From Eutreptiella sp. 'Long Island Sound 2002' (Eukaryota; Protista; Euglenida): DNA of 64,000 bases. The number at the start of each line of letters is the position of its first letter. Position 1 is the stretch's first letter. Both the position numbers and the translations under genes were made by a program. Location: contig OZ038378.1 in the NCBI GenBank assembly GCA_964036045.1, positions 10,230,001 through 10,294,000 of the forward strand. The letters run 5' to 3'. The notes beneath the pieces are model-generated. The model ran no database searches and had not been told where the DNA came from. It worked only from the letters and a program-made list of their open reading frames with translations. Positions 38,101-51,095 of this stretch are shown piece by piece.

Positions 38101-38499
38101 CCCCCCCCCCCCTTGTATAAGCTACGCCCTTGTCCAAGCTACAGTAGGCGTAGGGACCGTATTAATTTGGGACCTAATTTTAATTCGGTACCAAACGTAG
38201 TGCAGCCACATAAGACATGGGTTTGGTGACTGATTTGCGAGTCACATAGAGTCATGGACACATTTGTTGTGAGTGTTTGCCACTTGAACCCACATAGCTC
38301 TGATTTTTGGGATGTTTGTGCATTATATGCCCCTTTCTTGCACCGGCTCACCATGCAATCCTCTCTTTTTGAACCTGGGCGCCCGGTGTTGGTAGTTGTA
38401 TGTGTCGCGAGCAAGCTACGCCCGTGTCCAAGCTACAGTAGGCGTAGGGACTGTATTAATTTGGGACTTTGGCGTAGCTTATACAAGGGGGGGGGGGGG
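38101..38499. mobile_element. TA-flanked MITE with (C)nTTG termini
   Basis: TA at 38099-38100 and 38500-38501. TIR (C)12TTGTATAAGCTACGCC / GGCGTAGCTTATACAA(G)n. Internal ~55-bp direct repeat. Confidence 0.75.
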
Positions 38500-41400
38500 T
38501 ATAACACGATGCTGCGGTGCTGCTAACAGTACAAAGCTGCAATGCAGCAATATGAAATTGCATATGATAGCCATGCACACAACAGCTTACGAAAATGGTG
38601 AGTGTCTGGGTTGCTGCCAAGTTGCAGGTTCCCTGGCACTGGCACTGGCAAAGAATTGGCAGGGGTCTGGGCCTGTAAAATGAACTGAGGGTGCTCCATT
38701 AGCGCCAAACGGTGGTAACAGCAACATATGGCTGTCTTGTTTCAATTAGAAGGGTCGAAGGATGCTTCCCTCGCCTGCCCAAGGGAAACACCTCAAACCC
38801 AACCAGCACCTTTTATGTTGTTGTGAACCCATGTGTGGGGACCCATTTCGAGCAATGAACCCGCTTCAGGGACAATGTTTCCATTTTCTTTACTCAGCTT
38901 TGCAACAAAAACCACGCTACATCAAAAATCAACAAGGCTTACATTGCTATCCCCTAATCACCCTTCAATACACCGCCACACTGCAGGTGAGCCGTGAGCA
39001 GTGGTACCCTTCATTATGCCACTATGGTGCAGGCAGGTAGTGGGCAGTGGGATCCTTCAATACATTGTGTGTGTGTGTTTGTGTGTGTCTGTGTGTGTGT
39101 GTATGCTGATTGTGATGTATGTGTGTGTCAATGTGCAGACGCATGTACCAAGGTGTGTATGCCATGTGGCGTGGGAATAGTTGTCATTGTCTCAGATCTG
39201 ATCGGCATAGGGAAAAATGTTTGAGTGTGTGCATCTCCCAGCCCAGCAGTTTCACTGTTTGTAAATCCATTGAGGCAGGGCAGTGTCTGAAGCCTGCTAC
39301 AGGCTTCACACATGGATTGAATTGGGTTGTCTATTCGTTTTATCTGTGTGATCATTAGGAATTAATTGGGGTTTTGGCCAACCTTTGTTTGCCAATTTCT
39401 TTTGTATGTTTCTAAATTGCTGAAACCTTTGGGCAATTGGTTTCATTTTGCTGGGTGTTGGCCATTTTACTTCGTCTGTTGCTTGTGTTGTTTAAGGCAT
39501 GGTGGGTTGCCCCGCCCAAAATTAACACCATTCTGCTCAACTGCAAGGTTCTCCGAAGGACAGCTGCAGGTGTAGAACCCTATTCAAATTCTGCCAGAGC
39601 AAAAAAATAAACAGGACCAATTGTGCTCAAGCCCTCACAATCCCAAGGTGCATTGCACTACCTGTTTGTTACTTGTGTCGTTCAACTATTTTTATAATAC
39701 ATTGTGCTTTGATAACGTGATGTTTATGTATCTGCTTGTTTGCTTTTGTTTGTGTTGCGGGGTTGCTCAGACCCTGCACAATGTTTGCACAATGATTTTT
39801 ACCACTCATCGTTTGCCATAAAATCATTGGATTTCTTCAAAGAGCTTTCCAACCCAGTCATTTGACTGCTGATATGTCTAATTTTCATGTTTTCCCATTC
39901 CATTTTTGGGGGTTTAGGATTGGCTCCTTTTCTCTGTTTTTCTACCAAGTGACCAAGGCTGTGATTTGGCAACAGCACTGTTGCACACTGCTGCAATTTT
40001 GAGCCAGGTTTTCACCCAACGTCCTGCTGCAGCTTTATCTGAAGTTGTTTGTCTTTTATTGATGTGCTCCCATGCTTTATTGGTGAAAGCAATAGCACCA
40101 TTTTGTTTGAGTGTTTGTTTGATGAAACATTCCCAACCCTTGCACACCACACTGACATTGGAACATTTGAACCTGTCTCAATGTATACAGTCCCATCAGT
40201 TTCTTGATTAATGCTGTCATTTCTGCCTCCGTGCATTGCCATAATAATTCAAGGTTGCTGGAGGGCATTCTGAAACACAACGAGAGTATTATGTTCATAG
40301 AATCATTTTGCTCTACGTCTGAAATCATATTGGTAGCAGAGCAGTATTCACACGTCGCAAGAAAGATCAAATGTGCCAACGAATAACAACAACAAAGTAA
40401 GAACTGAAGACGTCACAGTTGAAACGGCTGCAACCAGCTCAGGCGCGATGAGAAATCACAAGACAGAACCTGATCAAGATGCTCAATTGAACGCCGAGGT
40501 GCAAATTCGCAAGCAACGCACAACCTGCGATTCTTGAACAAGTCGATTATCAGAAGTTTATTTAGTTGAATCACACCAGCATGTTTTGTAGTGTTCCTTC
40601 AAAGGAGTTTTGGACGATTATCATGAAGGAAAAAAACGTCGCAAAATTTTTCAATGGACGTGTGCAGCGCCTATTATGGAAGTCGCATAGATGGATTGCA
40701 CTGATGCACGTGGCGGGGGATAAATGCTTGGAAGGTGCCCCATGTGATCAATTCGCATCTTCAACGAGCAACATCGCAAAATTGAGAATTTTTCATTTTC
40801 TCCCGTAGTTCTGCTTCTCTACTCGGGTATGAAGCAAGCTAGAATCCCGCCGCCACAAAAGAAACAACCATTGCACTCTCCCATTCCTTTTCACTCAAGC
40901 TCTGGAAGCAGATGACGGTGGCTTTCGGTATTACATAACATGATACACATTTTCAATATTCAATTTCCTAGGATGTTAGCTCTGTCTACACCCGCACGTG
41001 CTTCATCATCCCCATGTTTCTTTTGCGGTTGAATGCAAACTGCTCCTCGCCCATGAGGGTGACAATTCATGCCATTTAAGTTGATGTACGACCTGATGTT
41101 GTTGAACTCAATTTAGTTTTCACAAGTGTAGTCGAAGGCCAACCCTTTAGCGAAGTTTACAACATAGTTTTCCGAAATGATTGTTTGTTTGTTCGCAACA
41201 ATATGTCCGAATTTACGGTTCCAAAACGCAATTGCCTCAACCACACTCACAAGCAATCCAAAACGTGGAGTTTTTAACGCACAGCACTCGTCATGACAAA
41301 GCATTTGATCATGTGCAAGAGTGGAGCCGGGGTTCACCGATGAATCCAAACCCACTATTTGATCGAATGCATAGTGGGTCGTTTAGTTTGTTAAGGTTTG

Positions 41401-42260
41401 ACTAATTATTTTGATTGTATGGCTTTATTTCTGTCTTTTGTTGTTTTACAAGTGGCAACTCCGCACCCGAATCCAACAAGTGACAGAGTAGCGCATGAAA
41501 TAATGTAACCCAAGATGGAGAGCAATGATTCTATACATAGAGTAAAGGTTGGACATTATAAGTTCTATGTACACATCACAAACTCTCACGCACAACACTA
41601 TGACCACTCATTCATCACACCATGCACGCCAAAAGCAACTCCACAACACACCCGAGCCAACACTAGACTTGCAGTGCACAACATCCACAGCAAACATACC
41701 ACAACTCCGTGTGCGAGCCAAAATGGCCACACATGGCCTAAAACCAAGCTGCAATGCAAGCAAATATGTGAAACCGTTGCATGTCTGCAGCTATGAATGC
41801 AACTAGCAAGTGCGCGGCACACTAAACAACCACAAAATTCTTGAGCGTCCCTACACCACCAGAATTGTCACTACTTCTGTACACTTTGTAACAGGCACAA
41901 CAATCGCACAATGTATTGTGCTATTCCTAGCACGCTTTATTACCCCTTGGAAGACTCAAGGTCTTGGCAACAGAACGACAACAACGCTTTGCCCTTGCTA
42001 GAACCCTACCACCAAAGCGTATCTGCTTGCCCAAACCCAAGTTAAACAAACCAAAACAACCCTTCTGCGGGCGTTCACAGCAGCGGCACTTGACCACACC
42101 ACCTGAATGTTCTACTTTTTTCGTCCGTCACTTTGTGGTTGTTGTGGCTCTTGGACCTCCTGCTTAGTAGTTTGATTCTTCAACCTGGAATGCTCCTGCA
42201 AAAGCCCATTAAATGCAACGCCTCGACATAAAGCAAGCCACATCTTGCAAAATAGGACGT

Positions 42261-42424
42261 ACAGAATGTAGAAGCAAAAGAGCAGAATATTAAGGTCGCA
42301 ACAGCACCGTTGCACATTGACAGAAGACATAAAGCAAGCCACATCTTGCAAAATCGGACTTTTGTCAATGTGCAACGGTGCTGTTGCGACCTTAATATTT
42401 TGCTCTTTTGCTTCTACATTCTGT
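42261..42424. repeat. 62-bp near-perfect inverted repeat (hairpin, 40-nt loop)
   Basis: Arms 42261-42322 and 42363-42424 with one mismatch. Confidence 0.92.
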
Positions 42425-45400
42425 CAACCATTGGCGCACCGGAGCTAAAAGGGCTACTTCTTACACTACACTTTCCGTTTCAAGGACTCTTCAATAAAGT
42501 GTTCTCCTCATTTTTGCTCCGGGGACACATCACTACCCTGCTTGAATTTTGGATCTCCAACATCTCCGTTTTCTTGGTCCGACTTTTTTGTCTTGGTGGC
42601 CAGCAGTGGGAAGGAAATGTAGATTGACATGATCTTACTTCGTAGGTAATTGGGCTGCATGTGTGCATTGTTGCTTTGGCATCATGGTGGTTACGATGAC
42701 ATCCTTTCCTTCAATAATGTAGGCTATTCGAAGTACGATGCGTGATTTGAGCAACTAATGCGTCTTCCACATACTTTTGCACCTATCTCTGGACACTTTA
42801 GATTGATGCTTGAGCTTGCTGAAGCTCTTCTGCATGAGTCGCTCCCTCTTCGTGTGATCTCATCTCGTAGGTAGCAAAGCAGATGCTCCAGCTAGGTGCA
42901 ACATCGTCTGAAGGTACGGATGCGTTTGTCATCTCCTTGGTCCTTTTAGGGTGTCTAGCATGTCTTTGTACCCATTAGGCAGCTTTGATGTAGCGTGTGT
43001 CGATGTCGTCATTTTTGGACCTGAACAGGTCGATTGAACGGCAATATATCACCGGTTTAAATATCACTGCAGAATCTTGAAAGCTTCTTTCTGCTAGTGT
43101 GAAACTGGTAACATTAAGCAAGAAAAAGTGGACTCTCAAGAATGGCGCCGACGAAGAGCAAGGCCAAAACACAATCTCGTAACTCAAATAGGTCTACAAG
43201 GATCATTAAAGAGCTGCATAGTGATAATATAGTAAAAAGAACGACACATCAACAAATGAATTTCATCCATACTTCATGCACCAGTATTTCATGATGTTGC
43301 ATGACGGTGGATTTAGGTTGGAGCTAGCCATAAATGAGTGGCGTCAAATGCCACCCATGGTGGTGCACATGTGCTCCACTTGGGCATGTCTTCATACAAT
43401 ACATCATATCATCCTGCTTTCAATCACAATGTGATTTGTTGTTGTCTGAACGATGCTAAGTATTAAAACTAGAGTAGGCACGGGAGAAACCCAGAACATT
43501 GTATCGATATCTGAAACAGTGAATGCTGAAATGCATGAATGCTCCTAAGTTACCGTAACTGAAAATACTGCGGTTGCATACACATGTGTCAGTCTGGTTG
43601 CACCCCCCTAAGACACAACAGTGCAGTCAGCTGAAAATCTTGTTAACAACACTAACATCCGGTGTGGTGTGCAGTGCTGCCCAAAATAAGATAGCACTAG
43701 TGCACACACCAACTGGTGCCAACATGGGTGGAGTTCAGACCCAGGGCACACAGTTCCCCTGAACAAATCTAACACATTGAAAAAAGTGACAAAAACTGCC
43801 CTTTTGTGCTATAGATAACAAAGAAATAAACCATGAGAACAATTTTTGTCCATTCAGAAGCATGTTTCGTGCATGCCACAATGCATGGTTTGGCGTTTCG
43901 ATGAGAGCATGTTGATATGTTTGCAAACCCGTGCATGCAACGCCTATGGCCACCTTCCGGGCTGTGTGTTTTTACTGAGATAGACAAGTCTGAAGGGAGA
44001 TTAATCAGTCCCATGTCTTTTCGTGCAACTTGCCCCGGGCACAATGTGCATGATGGCTCGGGCATGACCTGATTGGCCACTGGGGGGAGGGTCTTCATCT
44101 TTTTAATAGACATGTAAAAATACCTAAGTACCAAACCATGTCCTAAGGTTAAATTGTTAGAGAAAATCGCACTAAATCAGGGCTCCACGCGCCCTGTGAC
44201 CTGGGATTCAGGTCGTCGACGAGTGTCGTCGACAGGAACTGTCCTATGGTCAACAGATCTAAGTCAGTGTGGGGTCATAACAGGGTCAAACCAGTCAAAC
44301 ATAATCAAAAACATGTTGAAAACAAGGTTAAAACTTGAAACATGGGTCTCCCCCCATGCGCCAGCCTAGGGGCCTTAGGGCAATCTGGCGCCATATACTA
44401 TTTTTCTTCAAAACCTACAGACATATGCAGAATATCCCCCATAGGGGAGGGAGTGGCCGTCACTTCAGGCCACCAGGAGAAAATTGGCAACTTAGTGCAT
44501 TTTTAAGAAAAATGCCATATTGTACCCTAAAAATCCATCATAATTCAATAAAATTTAATATAAAAACAGCTTTTCTGTAGCTTTTTACGACATTTACAAC
44601 ATTTAACAGCTGCCGGATGGAAATGGAAACAAACAAAAACAGCAGCAATGCTCAGCAGTCCAAGGGATGATTCAAATATACTACTTGGGAACATGACCTG
44701 AAATGTGTGGTTTTTGCGCCCAAAATGAAGGCACCATCAGCCCATCAGCCCAGTGTGTATGCAACACTGCGTTGCTGGTAATTGGCCACTATGGCTGGGA
44801 ATATATATATGTGCTTGGAACCAGTTTTTGCCGAGGCCTTAGGCCTGCGACCTACGCTGAGGGGAGGCAAGAGGTGTTTTGGACTCCTAGGGACCTAAAA
44901 TCAATTTTGACACTTTTTCTCCATCGGAGGTATTTTCGTCCAAAAACGCCTAGGGGTGAGCGGTTGTGTTAAGTTCCTTCAGGCAATCTTAGTCGCTTCT
45001 CTACAATAGCGAAACATTGCCCAATTAACTCTTGCCATTTGTCCGATAAGTGCACAAAAGTAGACACTCGAAAGACTAGTTTCATTACCCACTTGATATG
45101 AGCTTTGAGTCAGGCCATTTGGGACAAAGCCGTCGATGATGTTTGCTGATAGCGCCGAGCAACACAAGTTGATCCAAGCTCATGTAACGTGGGAAAAGCA
45201 GCCTGATATACCGAAAGAAGATACAAGATATCGCCGAGTTGGACTAAGTAGTCCAAAAAAGATCGTATCGCACTGTGGGCAATCGTTACCCAGACGAAGA
45301 GAGCTTCAGCACCAGACAAGAAAAAAATTTGACACGTTGTAGATAGAATATCTTTAGTATGTCTGTGGAGCATTGTGGAGAGCTTTGTTTCACAATACAT

Positions 45401-47166
45401 GTGCTATGACAATGTCTGAATGAAAGGTATGCACACATAACTTAGTGATATCATGACACGACAATTGTGATATGATATGATGTGATTACAGGATGGTGGC
45501 ATTGGCCCAAACCCAGAGAAGCAGTTTTGAAGCAGGTGTCAAAAACCGTCGACGCCTTTTGAAGGTCATGCAGTTCCGCGGATTGCAACCTCTGCCTGCC
45601 AAAACGTAACCAACAGGAACCAAAATACCAAATCCAGGCACAAGGAGGAGTGATGACAAAAAAAAGGCACGCAGGAGCAGTTTCATATGTTTGACTTGTT
45701 TGAGTACTCGCGCAAACACTCATGCATTGCACACACAAAATATCAGGCAAAACCTTGCCCACAGCAAAAACTAGCCTGCGGTCATCCTCAGTCCAACCAC
45801 ACGAGTGTTCCCACACAAGAGGCACATACAGCAAAAGCATAGACCGAAATCCAGCCTAGTGGTTCATTGCATTGTTCTCTGCCAGCCTTAAACAAGCATA
45901 CCATCCCTCAATGAACAATACTTCCTGAATGTGAGACACCACACCTCAATAAAATGTGGTACCCCCACTCCCATGACAGTCCCCTCACACCCCTGAGGGT
46001 CCCCCCCCCCCCCCGAGAAAAGCTAGGATCTTGGATCTGTCCCTCAAAGGTTGCTGGGTCACTGGAGTCGAACTGTGAAAAATCAGCAGGGCGTTTGATG
46101 CCAGAACGTCAACCCAGGAAATGCACAAGATGAAAAAGGAAAGCATTTGCCCAAAAATCGTGCAATTTGGGGTTTTACTGCAATTCGTTGACGGTTCATA
46201 TTTCCAGAAACAAGAGCGGTGTTTGCAATCACACAAATGACAGACACCCTACATGCAACTGCAATAGGGGTCTGAGTGTGTCCCACAAGGCAATGTGGCA
46301 TTCATGGTGGCGGACTTTGGGCGGTCATCCCCACAACCGGTGACATTCATCGGCCACTAGATGTTACTCATGCACTGACTGCTAAACCAGTGCCTCTTGT
46401 GCAAACTGCGCTGTGACTGTGCAAATCAACTTGGTAACAATTGGTGAGTGTCCAAGCCACACGCCAGAGACCTGTCATGCGTGTTTGAGCATCAAGATCT
46501 TGACAGATGCTGCTCACAAAGAAAAAATCTGCTCGGGTAAATTGGGTGGCCCCGGTCGCTGCATACAGAGGCGAGCAGTAAGGACAGAGACGTTGCATCC
46601 GTTTCTTGGACAAAAGCTGGAGCACCTTCCATCGCAATTTCTTTACTGAATCCATGAGGAGGAGCAGCCTGCCACAAATGTGGGAGATTGGAGGGATAGA
46701 GTGCAAACACCACAGATGCTACAGGCATTTCGTCGCAGCAAAATATCATTTGCAAAGGTATAAATAAAAGAAAAAGTTGTGCAACAGCAGAAAGGGGGGG
46801 GGGGGGCTTGGGGGCTGTCAACGCTTGTTTTTTGACACTTCTCCCCATGAAGTTGCTGCAACAATACTTTACAGTACTTTGACATCCAACTCTGCAAAAT
46901 ACGCCTGACACACAGGGAAAGGCACCACATGTGTTGTCAGATTTTATACGTAATCGAAAGCATGGTGCTTCCAAATCCTGAGAACGAGACCTGCGTCCAG
47001 ACAGAATCAGGTCTGGACCTTAGTATAAATATAGAGCCGCATATGCAAAGACTTTTGCTGGTCCGCCACATGGTAGTCAAGTAGAGCATGATCGTCTTAA
47101 TAAGTATGGTGGACCTCTTTTGACATGGACACCGTCAACGAGCAATGGAAGTACAGGAGCACGGGG

Positions 47167-47333
47167 CTCAAGGGGCCATGCAACAAAGCGCGGATTGCGA
47201 GTCCCTAACCCCAACTCAAGGGGCCACGCAACAAAGTGTGGATTGCGAGTCCCTAACCCCAACTCAAGGGGCCACGCAACAAAGTGTGGATTGCGAGTCC
47301 CTAACCCCAACTCAAGGGGCTACGCAACAAAGC
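47167..47333. repeat. 48-bp tandem repeat, 3.5 copies
   Basis: ctcaaggggccacgcaacaaagtgtggattgcgagtccctaaccccaa units at 47167, 47215, 47263 and 47311. Confidence 0.92.
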
Positions 47334-48572
47334 GTGGGAAAGAGAACAAGAAAGATGAAAGAAAGAACGCAGTGCGTTCGCCCCTGAAAGAATTTGGCGC
47401 TGCACTTGGACCGGGGTTTTGCTCTGAATGCAGGATCTTCACTTCACAACAAACGACATTTGTATAGCGCCTCGTCTTGCTAATCTGGCGCTCAAAAGCT
47501 CTGATCAAAAGTGGCTACCTCAAAATCAAAATTGGCTACCTCACCCCTGCCTTCTTGGGGGCCCGCAAGTGGTCGGAAATGCTACCTAACCCCTGCATTC
47601 TCGGGGGTCCCCAGCAAAGGGGACAAAATTTTCGGGCGCCTTCGGCTCGCTGCCATTGACCCTTGGTAACTAAGTGGGCCCGGAGGGCAGGGGGGGGGGA
47701 GTCGCGTACCCCCCGACGTCCCCCCCATGCACAGGAGTAAGAAAGAAGCAAGAGAGGCATATGAAAAGAGGTGTGAGAGGATGAGGACTGCTGCTGAACA
47801 AATCATCATGGCTGTGAACAGTGTAGCCCAATTGCGAGGTATTCACAAGATTGAAATTTGCATGACCCACTGTTCTACTCAAGCCCCCCTTCCCAATCTC
47901 CTGCCCTCATTCTTTGATTATTCTCTTGGAGATTTGTGCACGACAAAGAGGTGCCGGACTCGGCTGCCAACGGCGGTCCCCGTCAGGGGTTTCTTGCATA
48001 CAATGCTCAGCTTCTTCAGCCAGCTAACATTCATTATTGTATCAGCACAACCAACGCAGACGCCACTTGATCTTGCTCAAGCATGTCGACCGGCAGTGGC
48101 GGCAGAGGGTGGTGGAGCAGTCGGGATTGACGCCGTCACCTGCGCACGGTGCACCCATTCCCCGTTGGCCCCTTGCGGCAATGCGCTGCGGGAGCCAACA
48201 ACCATCAGTCACTTTCCCTTTGACCATGTCGAGGGGAAGGGCTGCTCTTAGGACAGCAACCCCGCGAAAACACCATCAGGTATGGCCCCTTCCAAGTACC
48301 ACGTGGGGGTGGGGGCAACGGGATTAAAGGCAAGCGTGCAGACCCTCCTCTCGGCCTCTCGGAGAAGAATTTAACGCATAACAACGCATCTGTCGGCTGT
48401 GCAGAGTGCACCAATCAAGTGCACCAACATGTGCACCGGTCGTGGTACACAGATGTCACGTCACGTGGCTGTCCATTCCACTCCACTTCACTCCCGCATG
48501 CTCCCCTTCGCCATCATTCTCATGCACCCGTTTTGTTTTGTTCTCACATTCTCTGGGAGCAGGGCCACTGGG

Positions 48573-48812
48573 TCACACTGCTTTCATTGCGGCTGCAACC
48601 ACATGAAGAGATGTAGACACGCCGCCGATTGAGGTCAAGCGGCCCTGGGCCTTGGCATGTCCTGTATACCGAATGCGATACAAGCCGGGCGCCGCATCCG
48701 GTGGAATGTTCCACCGCACTTCGATGATGGAGCAATTAGGGGCATCTCGGGACCAAATAAATTGGGTGTCTGGACTGTTGTCGGTGGCCACCACTTGCCA
48801 CTCATTCCCCAC
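48573..48812 (-). CDS. Neutral ceramidase exon 8 (last)
   Basis: tttgcAG|gtgggg. WQVVATD..FIW..VRWNIP..PGLYRIRYTG, typical C-terminal Ig-like domain. TGA at 48575-48573. Confidence 0.88.
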   Translation of the reverse strand: MGNEWQVVATDNSPDTQFIWSRDAPNCSIIEVRWNIPPDAAPGLYRIRYTGHAKAQGRLTSIGGVSTSLHVVAAAMKAV

Positions 48813-50281
48813 CTGCAAACAACCAGAACAACACCTGACCACGAGGGATGTGTGTGTGTGTGTGGGTGATGATGACATCCCGTTTTACCCACACGCTTGT
48901 GCAGTATTGGGCAGGTTTGTGCAGTCTTGGAAAGGGTGGAGGGTCTGAGGGACGCGGAGGTTGGAGAAGGTTGGCTCAGGTTGGAAATTGGCACCAGCCG
49001 ATGTGTGGCATGTGGTGTGGTGTGGTGTGGTGTGGTCGTGCCGGGTGCCGCGCCGGACGCGGCAGAGGCCTGGGAGTGCACCATCACGACTTTGTGCGCG
49101 CACAGAACCAACACATAACACCGGGAGGCAGGCGGCGTGGGTCGTAGTCATGCAATGCCCAAAGGCATCCGGTGCAGGGCCGCGGACCGTGGGCTGCCCC
49201 GGGAACGTACACCGCAAAGACAGAGGCTGTCAGCGTCATTTGGTTCAGGAAAATGCGACCATCTTGTCATGCATTCAGCCCCTGGGGGCTGATGTGTGCC
49301 AGCTCCGCTGCTGCCATCTTGTGAAGGGAGGCCCCAAATGGTCCGGTTGCAGTGTCCGCATGAGGCTCCAGCCGTGCCTGCCCCCCATGGCCTTCTGCGC
49401 CCACTGTCCGAGCAATCGCTGAGGTTTGCGCAATTTGCCACCGTGGTTCGGTTTGAGAGGCGCCCCCCCCCGCAGTAGAAGTGGGGGGCTGGGGGGCCCA
49501 ACATAAATGCATCAAAATTACATCCAAATGATCGCCACTTCGCCCCGATCAACTTGAGGCAAATACGTTGGCCTTAAAAAAATTGCAGCGGGGGTCCACC
49601 CCCCCCCCCCCCAGCCCCCCCGCCCGCCCAGTGGTGCCGAATGCACCGAAGCAAATTTTTGGTCTCAACTAATTGGCGCCGAAGGCGCTAGAGAAAAATT
49701 TTGATCGGCAGAAGACCCGGAAGAAAATTTGGCCCGATCTTTCAAGGGGGGGGGGGGGGGGGGCTCCCCCAAGTGGTGCCGAGTTGTTCAAAGGAGCCCT
49801 GGGCTCCGGGGGGTTCATGTCGTTCATGTGGGGCAGACGGCGGCGGCATGATACCCGGTGTCTGGCATCCCTCAACACCTCCACCCTCCACTGCCAAGCA
49901 GCAGCCTGTGCCAGCGCCATGTGGACATGCGTCATTGCCATTGGTGTGGTAGGCTGCAGTCGACAGAATTTTACTTCCGGCGCCTTCGGCACCAATGGTC
50001 ATGTCAGGCCACAGCATGGCTGTGTGGGGCGACTGGGCAGTTTGGCCCAAGGCCAGGGAAAGGGGAGGGGCGGTCTGGCAGCTGAGGGGTCGACCCCTCC
50101 CGCCCCCAAGAATTCCCTGGGCTTGAGGGTACTACTACTACTACTGCAGCGCCATTCGTCGGCTGGGAACGGGACAAATGGCACTCGTACCCGGGTCGTG
50201 CCAGGGTCCCTCCGCCTGCCTCACCCGCCTTACGCACTGGGGCCATCCAACCAGCAGTTGTCTGGGGGCAGAAGGCGAGAC

Positions 50282-50445
50282 CTGGCGTTCCACCCAAATA
50301 TATGACGAGTCGGTCTGCAAACGGTTGTTGGGATGTGCCCCTCGGAACTTGACGACGGCCCACTGCCCAGGCGTCACAGGGCCCTGGGGGACATCCTGCA
50401 GTATGTCTCCGAAATGTTGGGATGGGGGGAGCGCATCGTCGGGCA
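50282..50445 (-). CDS. Neutral ceramidase exon 7
   Basis: ccacAG|tgccc, phase 1. FGDILQ..FRGAHPNNRL..WVERQ|GT. Confidence 0.85.
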
Positions 50446-51019
50446 CTGTGGCAAAGAAGCAACACAACACAATGCATCGGGACGAGGGTGGGCCACGATA
50501 GCACAACTTTTACGACGGCCGTCCCACCCGCATATCACCCACAGTCACAGAAGTCCCTGACACCGTGGACGACTGGGGCTGCCCATCAGTTCACGCAGGG
50601 GGCGTCGCGGACCGCCGTCCACTACCGCCATCACGCCCCAGACCACTGGTTCATGGATGGGGTTTCGCCAGAAGCTCCCAACTGACATGAAACCGGGGAT
50701 GAGCACCGCAGTAGTCACAGCAATAGGTCCGCCTGCTGTCACGGGCCGGTGAGCACACCACACTTTTGGGGGCTTCCGTTTCGGGGGTGGGCTTGGCCAT
50801 GGCAAATGCATACATTTCCGGGGCCTTGGAATAGGGTATGTGCACGGATTGCTGAGCATCGGCCGTCCACAGTGTACGATCCAGCAGCCCCCCCCGTACC
50901 CACTCTTCACCAAGTTCGATCAAATCCATCAGAACGCCTCACTGATTGTCCTCAGTTCACCGCTTATCAGGCGAGCGCTCACCGTTGACGGCACGCTGCA
51001 CCGCGGCTTGCACGCCCTC

Positions 51020-51095
51020 AGGCACAGGCACGGGCACGGGCACGGGCACGGGCATACGCACAGAAGGAATGGGCACGGGGACAGGCACGAGGCAC
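51020..51095. repeat. (GGCACG/GGCACA)n hexamer repeat
   Basis: Directly visible. Confidence 0.8.
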
